From positions 234,362,001-234,426,000 of the forward strand of contig CM097885.1 of the NCBI GenBank assembly GCA_044892525.1: 64,000 nt of DNA. The letters run 5' to 3'. The notes under the pieces were generated by a model, which was not told where the DNA came from, ran no database searches, and worked only from the letters and a program-made list of their open reading frames with translations. Below, piece after piece: positions 46,951 to 58,687 of this stretch. The first letter of the stretch is position 1. Each line of letters starts with the position of its first letter. A program made the position numbers and the translations under genes. This DNA comes from Schmidtea polychroa (Eukaryota).

Positions 46951-49900
46951 ATAATATTTTCAATATTTTTAAAATTTTAAAATTTGCATAACATATGCAT
47001 ATCATATGACAATACATTATTTGATATGTCATAAAACGGAAATTTGTTTCTTTTTTATTCACTATATAGATTCCAATATTATAACAGAATAAGGATTTTA
47101 ATAATTTTTGAAAATATTTAAAAAATAATAATTAAAATGTGCTGAACAAAATACTAAGACTTTATATCATGTTTGAAAATTTGAAAAATAAAATAATGCA
47201 AATTATGATTAATAATATAAAATCAATTATATAATGTAATTATGCATACAAAAAATTGTCCAGTGAAAATAACTTAAATAATTTAATGGATTCTGATTGG
47301 TTCATAATGATTTGCAAGTTTCTGTATAAAATAGATGCAAAATAAAAAAATCATTTCTATAAAACGAAATAAAAGTGAGTTAATTTGCTACATACATAAT
47401 CTTTCATAACTTTATTTTCTATAAATATATGTTTGAAAGGATGTTATCAAGTTAAGTTTTGATACTATCAGTTTAATTAGGAACCCTTTTAATACAAGTT
47501 ATACATCACTGAATGTAATATTTAAGGATTACAATTACATATTCATTTAAAATATATATTTCTAATTTAAATTAATATTATGAAACTAATTACTAGGAAC
47601 CAACAACTTTAAAACAAATATTATATAATATACCAGTTGAAAAATTCAAGATATCAATCGAAAAATATTTTTGAAAATATTTTTGGCAATCAATAATCAA
47701 ATTCAAATAAATGTAAATGTATCATTTATGAATTGTGTAAAGGATAGTATTTGATAAAGTTAATGAAATGAATCAGTGATTAGGATAAAATTCAAAGTTT
47801 AAAAAATTAAATCATTCTATTAAATTCATTTTGAAAAATTACTGAATCAAATAATTATTTTAAATTAAAATTAATTTTATAAAATCTTAAACTTTCTTTA
47901 ATTTATGTAATTATGCAAAGATAATTTTTTTTGAACTCTTATCATTATAAATTAAAAGTCGTATATTTGATTAATTATTTCATTTTTATTTAATTATTTA
48001 ATTTGAAGTTTTTTTAAATTTACTGTTTATCTTTAAAAAATTAAATTTTATTATTTTCCATTTTTTAAATATAAATTAATTAATTTTTAAAATTTGAAAA
48101 TTTTATTCAGACAGTGATTTCAAAATGAAGTGCATTCCGTTATATATGCTCTGAAATGTATGAAATTAGAAATTAAAAACGAGTTTTTAAAAGAAAGTTA
48201 CACATTAAAATTACATGATAATTAATACATTCATTTAAGTTAGATTGATACACACAATCCTCTTAAAAACGTAATCTTCTTAAATTACACATTGTTTTTT
48301 AAGATAATTTTATAAGAAAGTTCAAAAAACAGTGCTATAATTCACGAATTAATTAAGTTTTATAAAATACATTACCTTATTTAAAATCTATTCCCTTAAT
48401 TTATTATTTGATTAGATATAACTATAATTTCTCAGTCGATATCTTTTCTTAAAAATAAACTACTTAGTTTAAATTATTTCCCTAATTTCAAATACTTTTT
48501 TTACTTAAATTTGATAAATACACATCTTTTTTAATCAGTCCATACAATTATTTTCCAACATAAAATTCCTGATACTTTATTTATCTATAAAAGATTATGC
48601 ACAAAAATATGTGAAACTATAATGAAACCTATAGAAGTTATCGAGACTAAAATAATAAGGATTATTATTATTAAAGCTTATTAATCCAGAAAATTTACTC
48701 ACAAAAATATTTAAATTTTTTTCATTCAGAATTTTAAACTTTTTAAAAATTACATAAACATTTTCATTTAAAAATATTTTTTAGGCTTTTCAATTAAGAC
48801 ATATTACTTAAAATACAGTGATTGAATATTTTTTGAATTATTGTAAACCTAACTTTCGAATAACTTAACTATTAAAAATACAGTTTTAATATGATATTCG
48901 ATATTATTATTATTTACAAAATCTTTATAATAATATCAAATACAAAGAAATTCAAAAATTGAATTTTTATTAATATCTTCTAGCTTTATTAATATATTCT
49001 GGTCACCTTTTTACAATTTCAATAATTTCTTTGAATTTTTATTTAAAGCTTTAGTTTGTTTCATTTTAACTTTTAGATTTTTGTATATTTTACAAATTGA
49101 ATATATTCATTAATTTTTCAATTCCAGTTTAAACAAAGTGAAACTTTTAAATTTAAAATGATCTAAAATTAATTCTAATTTCAAAAAAAAATTATTTAAG
49201 ATATTCTTAATAATTTTTTCATATGTTACAAAATATATTGCTATGTTCTAAAACTTCAAATTCTTATACAAATTTATACATGTTATATTATTGTATATTT
49301 CTAATATTTTGTTCACCCCAATACCGTTGTAGTAGGTAGAGTATTGACTTACTGTAGAGATTAAAAAATTTTAAATTACTTTTTTAAAAGTATGATGAAA
49401 TAAAATTTAGAATTTAAAAATAACAAAAAAGAATTGTAATTCTTTTTACTTTTGTTATCATGTTAATAAAAATTATTACGGTTTGTTATTGTTGTTATGT
49501 AATTGTTTTGTTTTTTATTGTAATAAAATTATAATAAAGTCATAATATATTACCTACACAACATTCGCGCCAGCTGTCCAGAAAACGTTTTAAAGAAGAC
49601 TCAGATGGCTCAACAGATTTGTTAACTACATTTTTATAATATAACAATTAAGAACCATACATACATTTTTATTGATTGTTTTATTAAAATAAAATGTAAA
49701 TATTTATACTAAATGAATTAGCACCTGCACGTAAAGGAATATTTTTCAATAAAAAGTAATAAATATTTAGAGGTTTACATCTCGACTCAAAGTCGGTAGA
49801 ATCATACATTTCCAATTATATTGAATATTTAACTTTTAAATACGCTAAATATATTTTCATTTGATCAATATTTAAAAACTTAAAACATGAAATTAATTGA

Positions 49901-51041
49901 GTAAAGAAATCTGTTTACAATTTAAAAATATTGAATATTAAATTAAATAAAATTTTTTAATGAGAGAAACATTATATTAAATATATTTTTCAAAAACTTT
50001 CAAACTAAAATGCAATTAATAAATTTAACAAGTTTATGTTTTATATTAAATAAATAGTATAAATAGAACTGCAAAACTCTTTGAAATGAAGAGTAAAATA
50101 ATATAGTATTAATAAAAATTAAAAATTATATATATTAAAATTGCTATTAAAAATGTTAAAAAATGTTATATAACATCAGATATTCAAGTAGTGAATAGTA
50201 AGGACTCCAGGACACTTTCAAGGTCATCCCAATGTCCAGATCAAATATAGGTCAATCGAATCATTTTTTTTTTTAATTAACATTTTATTTAATTACTTCT
50301 TTTTAATTTTTTTTTTTTTTTTTCATTTTAATTTTATTAATTAATTATTTTATTATGTTTTATTTTAATTTATTACATTTAATTAATTTATTAATTTATT
50401 AATATTTTATTTTAATTACTTACTCTATTTAATTATTATTATTATTATTATTATTTTTTTTTTTTTATTTTATATTTTTTTTTTTTAATTAATTTATTTA
50501 TTTTTTAATTTTATTTAATTACTTCTATTTATTTTTTTTTTTCTTTTTAATTTTCTTAATTAATTATTTTATTATGCTTTTATTTTAGTATTATTTTATT
50601 ATTTTATTATTTTATTTATTATTATTTTTTTTTTATTATTTTTTTTTATTTTTTATTTTTTATTTTATTTTTTATTTTTTATTTTTTTTTTTTTTTTAAT
50701 TTTACATTTACATTATATTCTAACAAGAGGTAAATTATAACGATAATATTTCAATTTGAATAAAATTTTAATTAGTAATTATTCAATTTGAATAAATTTT
50801 AATTAGAAATTATTTAATTTATTATAAAATAAAACGCTGAGTTAATTTTAGATAAACTGGATATTAATATTTCGGAAAAAATAAATAAATAAATAAAATA
50901 AACACAAAAATAATATTTCTTACTTGAAACTAATTATCTAAATTAATTGGACAAATGAATAATTAAATGATAAAACACATTTTAATTAACTAAGTCAAAC
51001 AATTCACAATATATATTTTATTATTCACATAAATTTAATTG

Positions 51042-54000
51042 TTAAAGTGCTTGTTTCGATTTGCATTCATTTCTAGACATAGCAGTTGCAATATGCATTT
51101 GGCGAATCTTATAGTGACCGTAGGCATAACTTTCATTACAATTGTACCAATACCTTTTATCGTCCAAACATTGGAGAGCTCGTTTTTCTGTCATGAAAGT
51201 ATACAACTGATGATTGACACTTCCTATTCTTTTTTGTGGGATGCTCACTGTTCCACCATCAGTATACACTTTTTTATAGGCTTCATGTGTAAGATTAGAG
51301 TTTGTAAGTCTTATTCCTTTGGCTTTTAGAGTGTTTTTATCGCCTTGGAGTGAGTAGCACTTGGGTCGAAGAAACACCCATTCTTTATATTGATTTCCTT
51401 TATTCTCATCCTTGAATTTCCCGATTACCGAACAAATTTTATCTGAGAACAATGGATCAGTCACTGGATAATTTGAAGTATCTAGGAGCCCATCGGCAAT
51501 CATTTTTGGATATAGTTGTAAGCGTAAATCTACATTTTTACACTCTAAAAAGAAGGAATCTGTGTCACCGGCTACGATATTAATTTGACAATTGAATTCT
51601 TCTCTATAACTCTGTAGTTCTTTATATTGAAACTGGTACATGCGAAGTTTGGATAAATCAAGTACGGTTTGTCCAATATACATTGGTCTATCTAAACACA
51701 CAATTTCCTTATTGAGTATAACAGCAATGAGATCATCCGCAATCTTGATGCTACGACGAAACATAGGATTACTACAATAAGTTATCAATCTTTTGCTTTT
51801 GCTGCATAATCTCAAATTTATACGTTTCTTCAAGTTTTCCACAGTTTTACCGTATAAACTGTTGTTCTTTAACTTATAATAATCTCGCTGAAACGAATCT
51901 GTACTAGCTGCTCTCATTTTGGTATTGTAATCAATATAGCCTTTGAAAATAGCCACTTGCTTGAATTCTACAGCACGATTAACTTTTGTGACTTTTGCGC
52001 CGTAACTCAACCACTCTGTCAAAACTCTACCATTAACTACATAGTTTTTCTTAGGCTCATGAGTTAACAACAGCTTTTCAACTTTACTACCAGGTGGATA
52101 ACAAAGCTCAGGAGCTATAGGTAAATCATCTAGTTTATCTTGTATACTATCAGGAATGACGATGTCAACCTCTAGAACATATCCAAGATCTCCATCAAAC
52201 TTATCCCCATTTGCACATCTTTCAACAATACCATTCATTTCAGTCTGATCATTTATCCATCTAAATTCACCAATAGGAAGTTTTTGCGACAGCGCCCATC
52301 CATATAAATTATTAACATCTAGGTATGACATTTGTGTTGATTCATCAGCTTCAACATGATGTTTGTTGATAAATGTCATTCCACCACGAATACCAGCTTC
52401 AAATAAACGGTAAAGCTCTGGATCTTGAATAAGTTCTACTGGTTCAGGTAACTGTTTAATAGCTGATGCCCAACTTAATCCGGGTATGGAAACAAACGAT
52501 AGAGCCTCAAGTCCATCTTCGTCAAATGTTTTTTCTCTGAAAGCTTCAAAAACATCGGCCAACAGAAAAACATCCAACTTGAGATATACTAGCATGTAAT
52601 CTAGCAGTGTCTCACAGTTGTATTGTCGCCAGATTCGATTTGCATGTATATAATCTTCTTGACTAACTCCCTCCCAAATCGGTGGTAATTCTGTTATTGA
52701 CTGTAAAACATCCATTGATGTAGCCATATCATAAGGAAATATGCCTTTACCAGTTATTAAATGCGAATTGAAAATCTTTGAAGTAAGTGGAAGACGTGGC
52801 AAGTTTTTTGATAAATTTGCCAAGCTGCTATTTAAAAATTGTAAAGAATCAATGAATCTAATTCTTCTGCCTTTCGATGTCGCTGTAAGTGTGAGAAACT
52901 TTTCTGTTGATTGAGGAATAACAATTAAATTCCAATCGGGGAATTTTCCAATTGCATATTTTAATATATGATGAATGTCATATCCACGAAGATTATGAAA
53001 TACAACAGGTAAAGACGGATTGATTCTTCTAGCCAAATTACAATCTTGACACGCTGCTCCGAGATATTGACCGGTAAAATGATCATGATCCCGAACAGGT
53101 ATATTGATAATCTTTTTACAAAGGTAGCAATGAGTTTGATTCGTAAATTCTTCCTGCTGTTCCCAAGTGAGTTCCATCATTTCCTTCGATCCATTAATTT
53201 TATACCACGGATAAACTATGTCTGTAGCTATATCATCCAATGCTTGTATAAACTGAATGATACAGTTTTTCCCAACAAATGTTTCATTTCGAATCGGACA
53301 ACCTTGATGAAGAAGCACAAATTCAGATGCAATCGGCTCATGTTTTTGGAAGTGCTTGTCATCTAGAGGTAATATTGATTCAAAGTCCGCGTAGACAACA
53401 AACTGCTGTTTTATAGTTTTACTCCAGTCTTTAAATTCGATATATTTATTCTCTGGCATTGAGTATAGAGTCGTCCGCTCCACATTCTTCCTACAAAGAC
53501 CTATATGTCTTTCAAAAGCAGGACGTTTTTGAAACCCATGAAGACACGTATGACACCAATGTGATTGGATTCTGACTCCTTCTACTCTATCTCTGTAATT
53601 GAGCAGTCGATCGAGATTAGTTACAGCCAAAAAATGATAATTTAATTCTAAAATTTAGTTAATATTTTTAATGATTAAAAGAAATATTACCTTCTTCAAT
53701 CAATAAGAGATATAATTGACATCCCGTCGAAGTACTTCTATATACCAAGTCAACGAAGGGATTCTTGAAAATATCATTAGTTTTTTGTTTAATTGGATCT
53801 TTATTATATTTGAGAACATTGATCGCTAGATTAGGATTCATTGCCTCAAATTGGCAAATGTTAACCAACTTCATTGGAAACCAATCTGATTTCCATTTTA
53901 ACTCTAAATATATATATTTTTAGAATGATATAAATATATATTACCACTTAAATTATATTTCATTACTCTTTCTCTGTGGTGTTTTATGTCATCATAATGT

Positions 54001-55017
54001 AATACGGCCAGTATGCTATATAAAAAGCAGAATTGATCATTATTTTGAACATTAACTAAAGCCTGGCAGTTTTTCAGGTAATTTGGCGCTTTAATGTAAC
54101 TTGAACCTAAGTAAATATCTTGATTTATATATATAATAATGTAAATAAACTTACCAGATACATGTATTATGTCTGATAATTTAGTTAAAATCATAGTAAC
54201 TTCTAATATTTTATGAATTCTCCACCCACTACTTTGTTGAGTGTATTTCTCCAACTTTTCTTTTAATTTTTCAATTCCATCATTAATAAATGAAGATGAC
54301 ATTGTAATTGCTTTATTCGACAAACACCATTTTTTAATTTCACCATCCTCTTTGATAAACTCTGCACAAAGTCCAAATTGGATTTTTACTGTACCCATTC
54401 GTTGAATATGATCTTCTATTTCTCTGATGAGACAATCTGGAACAACAATGTCAGGAGAATTAATTGCAGATACATCGCTTGTCAATTCAACACGAGAACC
54501 ATTTAAGTCAGACTCCCGACGTGGACACAATTGTATGTTAGAGTCTCCATTTCCGTAAAATATTGACTTTCGTTTTGTGGTGCCAGAGTTTTGTCTAACT
54601 ATATTTATAATTAATATTAAACAACTTAAATAACATAACTTGTAACATATTCTTTAATCTGCTTAGGATCGTATGATGTATTCATTTTCGGTTGTACTAT
54701 AAAAAATTAATAATTGTTAATAGTAGAAAGAGTATTACTTTTAGTGATCATCCTGCTCTTCGTTTCTTCGAATCTTCTAAGATGGTGTCCGTGTTGTCGT
54801 ACAAACATTAACCACCTACCTGGTGATATAATGAGACATTCCGGACATATGTAACCCGATAAGGTAGAGTCATTTATCTTGAAATATGATGATGTAACTG
54901 ATTTACAGTTCTCCACATCTTCATGACTTTCGGCAATACAAAATTTATATAAACTGCATCCGTTCACTAAAAGAAAATAATCATTAATATTAGATAGAGA
55001 ATAAAAAATTATTCACT
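51042..55017 (-). CDS. polB: Protein-primed family B DNA polymerase, spliced, left-arm copy. Exons 55017, 54966-54739, 54696-54640, 54598-54155, 54106-53945, 53903-53691, 53647-51042; ~1236 aa
   Basis: Mirror image of the right-arm gene; the 862-aa last-exon ORF is identical. Confidence 0.9.
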
Positions 55018-55289
55018 TATATAAGTTAAATTAAAAGTTTAAATGACAAACATTTGAAAAGTTACTGCTTATATATTACACATGATTAAATTCTGACCAA
55101 TCAAAATCAAGGAAGGGGTAGGAAAAATAAATATATTCTGACCAATCAAAATCAAGGAAGGGGTAAGAAAAATAAATGTGTTACAGTATTTTAAAAGTTC
55201 AATATATTTTAAAACACATTTTGATGCTAAAGTTGACTTATTTAACATTTTCATAATAATTTAATAAAAATAATGTGATGAACCCACAA

Positions 55290-55735
55290 AGTAATATCAT
55301 TTTTCATCAAATTGCAAAACAGTAATAACGTTTTTATAAAATTGTAACAAAATAATAACATATTTCAGATAAATTTTCAACAGTTGTAAAATATTTAAAC
55401 AAATTGTAACAAGATTAGAAAATATTACAACAAAGTAGTAACATATTTCAGAAAATTTCAACAAAGTTGTAAAATATTTATCAAATTGTAACTAAAATAA
55501 TAAAAATATTGCAACAAAGTAATAAAATAATGATGTTAATTGGGACAAATCAATACATTATTTCGAAGACGGACAACAAATTAAAAAGAATATTGTAATA
55601 AATTGTAAAGTCTTTCAGTAAATTACAACAAAGTAATAACATATTTCGGAAATATTTCACCAGATGTAAAATATTTAAGCAAAATGTTATAAGATTATAA
55701 AAATATTGCAACAAAGTAATAAAATAATACAACAT
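55290..55735. repeat. Degenerate ACAAAGTAATAAC/TTGTAAAATATTTA repeats (mirror copy at ~57970-58415)
   Basis: Read directly. Confidence 0.6.
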
Positions 55736-55749
55736 TTTAAACTCTAGAT

Positions 55750-56500
55750 CAATCCATTTTATAGAAAATTAAATTTTATCTCTATAATATATGAATAAAT
55801 ATACAAGGAAATTACGTTAACTGTATGAAAAATACAAATTTATCGTAAAAAACATGTGTGTATTACACACAACATACAAGACATAATTTTTAATCAAGCT
55901 ATTTTATAGAAAATTAAATTTTATCTATATAATATATGAATAAATATTCAAGGAAATTACGTTAACGTATAATAAATACAAATTTATCATAAAAACATGT
56001 GTGTATTACACAAAAAAACAAGATACATAATTTCTAATCAATCCATTTTATAGAAAATTAAATTTTATCTATATATTATATGAATAAAATCCTAAGAAAA
56101 TTACGTTAACTATATGAAAAATACAAATTTATCTTAAAAACATGTGTGTATTACACACAGAACAAGATACATAATTTCTAATCAATCCATTTTATAGAAA
56201 ATTAAATTTTATCTATATATTATATGAATAAAATCCTAAGAAAATTACGTTAACTGTATGAAAAATACAAATTTATCGTAAAAACATGTGTGTATTACAC
56301 ACAAAGCGACAAACTAAAATTGTAATTGAGCCATTTTATAGAAAAATAAATTTTATCTATATAATATATGAATAAAAATCCAAGAAAATTACGTTAACCG
56401 CGCGAAAAATACAAATTTATCGTAAAAACATGTGTGTATTACACACAAAGCGACAAACTAAAATTGTAATTGAGCCATTTTGTAGAGAATTAAATTCTGC
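55750..56500. repeat. 144-bp tandem repeat, about 5 copies (left arm)
   Basis: CATGTGTGTATTACAC at 55853, 55996, 56141, 56285 and 56429. Confidence 0.9.
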
Positions 56501-56596
56501 CTATACATGGTTACACTTAAATCCCAATCGAACAAAGAGAAAAGAGAGAAAAAGAGAGAGAAAAAACAGTAGAGTAGGGTATTGTGTGGACCCGGG

Positions 56597-56964
56597 TGAA
56601 ACCTTTGCATAGATCTCTTCAAGACCTTACGAATGATGTGAATAAAATATAATTATATTTTAAAATACCGCAACGTAATATATTTTTAAAATACCTCAAC
56701 GTAATATATTTTTAAAATACCGCAACGTAATATAAATTTTAAAATACCGCAACGTAATATAAATTTTAAAATACCGCAACGTAATATAAATTAAAAAAAA
56801 AATTTAAAAAAAAAATTAAAAAAAAAAAAAAATTTAAAAAAAAAATAAAAAAAAAAAAAAAAAATTTAAAAAAAAATACCCCCCTCCCCCCCGGATGGGA
56901 GGGGGAGGGGGGTATGACGTCATATGTCTTTGTGACGTCATCGATGACGTCATATGTCTTTGTT
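56597..56964. other. Unique central spacer of the palindrome
   Basis: Five ~26-28 bp AAATACCGCAACGTAATATA repeats, A-tracts, a 15-bp G/C stem (56876-56915) and three TGACGTCA sites. Confidence 0.85.
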
Positions 56965-57064
56965 CCCGGGTCCACACAATACCCTACTCTATTGTTTTTT
57001 CTCTCTCTTTTTCTCTCTTTTCTCTTTGTTCGATTGGGATTTAAGTGTAACCATGTATAGGCAG

Positions 57065-57955
57065 AATTTAATTCTCTACAAAATGGCTCAATTACAATTT
57101 TAGTTTGTCGCTTTGTGTGTAATACACACATGTTTTTACGATAAATTTGTATTTTTCGCGCGGTTAACGTAATTTTCTTGGATTTTTATTCATATATTAT
57201 ATAGATAAAATTTAATTTTCTATAAAATGGCTCAATTACAATTTTAGTTTGTCGCTTTGTGTGTAATACACACATGTTTTTACGATAAATTTGTATTTTT
57301 CATACAGTTAACGTAATTTTCTTAGGATTTTATTCATATAATATATAGATAAAATTTAATTTTCTATAAAATGGATTGATTAGAAATTATGTATCTTGTT
57401 CTGTGTGTAATACACACATGTTTTTACGATAAATTTGTATTTTTCATATAGTTAACGTAATTTTCTTAGGATTTTATTCATATAATATATAGATAAAATT
57501 TAATTTTCTATAAAATGGATTGATTAGAAATTATGTATCTTGTTCTGTGTGTAATACACACATGTTTTTAAGATAAATTTGTATTTTTCATATAGTTAAC
57601 GTAATTTTCTTAGGATTTTATTCATATAATATATAGATAAAATTTAATTTTCTATAAAATGGATTGATTAGAAATTATGTATCTTGTTTTTTTGTGTAAT
57701 ACACACATGTTTTTATGATAAATTTGTATTTATTATACGTTAACGTAATTTCCTTGAATATTTATTCATATATTATATAGATAAAATTTAATTTTCTATA
57801 AAATAGCTTGATTAAAAATTATGTCTTGTATGTTGTGTGTAATACACACATGTTTTTTACGATAAATTTGTATTTTTCATACAGTTAACGTAATTTCCTT
57901 GTATATTTATTCATATATTATAGAGATAAAATTTAATTTTCTATAAAATGGATTG
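57065..57955. repeat. 144-bp tandem repeat, about 6 copies (right arm, inverted)
   Basis: Six GTAATACACACATG units; the arm-symmetry coordinate sum shifts by exactly 144 across the array. Confidence 0.9.
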
Positions 57956-58528
57956 ATCTAGAGTTTAAAATGTTGTATTATTTTATTACTTTGTTGCAAT
58001 ATTTTTATAATCTTATAACATTTTGCTTAAATATTTTACATCTGGTGAAATATTTCCGAAATATGTTATTACTTTGTTGTAATTTACTGAAAGACTTCAC
58101 AATTTATTACAATATTCTTTTTAATTTGTTGTCCGTCTTCGAAATAATGTATTGATTTGTCCCAATTAACATCATTATTTTATTACTTTGTTGCAATATT
58201 TTTATTATTTTAGTTACAATTTGATAAATATTTTACAACTTTGTTGAAATTTTCTGAAATATGTTACTACTTTGTTGTAATATTTTCTAATCTTGTTACA
58301 ATTTGTTTAAATATTTTACAACTGTTGAAAATTTATCTGAAATATGTTATTATTTTGTTACAATTTTATAAAAACGTTATTACTGTTTTGCAATTTGATG
58401 AAAAATGATATTACTTTGTGGGTTCATCACATTATTTTTATTAAATTATTATGAAAATGTTAAATAAGTCAACTTTAGCATCAAAATGTGTTTTAAAATA
58501 TATTGAACTTTTAAAATACTGTAACACA

Positions 58529-58664
58529 TTTATTTTTCCTACCCCTTCCTTGATTTTGATTGGTCAGAATATATTTATTTTTCCTACCCCTTCCTTGATT
58601 TTGATTGGTCAGAATTTAATCATGTGTAATATATAAGCAGTAACTTTTCAAATGTTTGTCATTT
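58529..58664 (+). promoter_or_regulatory. Putative Pol II promoter of pPolB (mirror copy at 55041-55176)
   Basis: Two ATTGG (reverse CCAAT) boxes in a 45-bp direct repeat (58559 and 58604), TATAA at 58632, and an Inr-like TCATTT at 58659. Confidence 0.55.
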
Positions 58665-58687
58665 AAACTTTTAATTTAACTTATATA

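Larger units (their letters stand above)
38126..50186. repeat. Further copies of the 9-kb RING unit: partial copy 38126-~41628, then a copy from ~41629 with an extra 462-bp internal duplication; continues at 63527-64000
   Basis: Collinear with 9826-13312, then 9203-14075, 5023-8248 and 8249-~8720. Confidence 0.9.

Noticed and set aside
53668..54967. 86-, 208- and 68-aa ORFs (and mirrors at 58738-60037) as separate genes
   Set aside because: They are better explained as exons of the spliced pPolB.
55750..57955. CRISPR-like appearance of the regular palindromic repeats
   Set aside because: The intervening sequences are themselves repeated rather than unique spacers, there are no cas genes, and the context is eukaryotic.
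55069..58636. 60-121 aa ORFs in the palindrome centre as integrase or capsid remnants
   Set aside because: They arise from tandem repeats and A/T tracts and show no conserved motifs.
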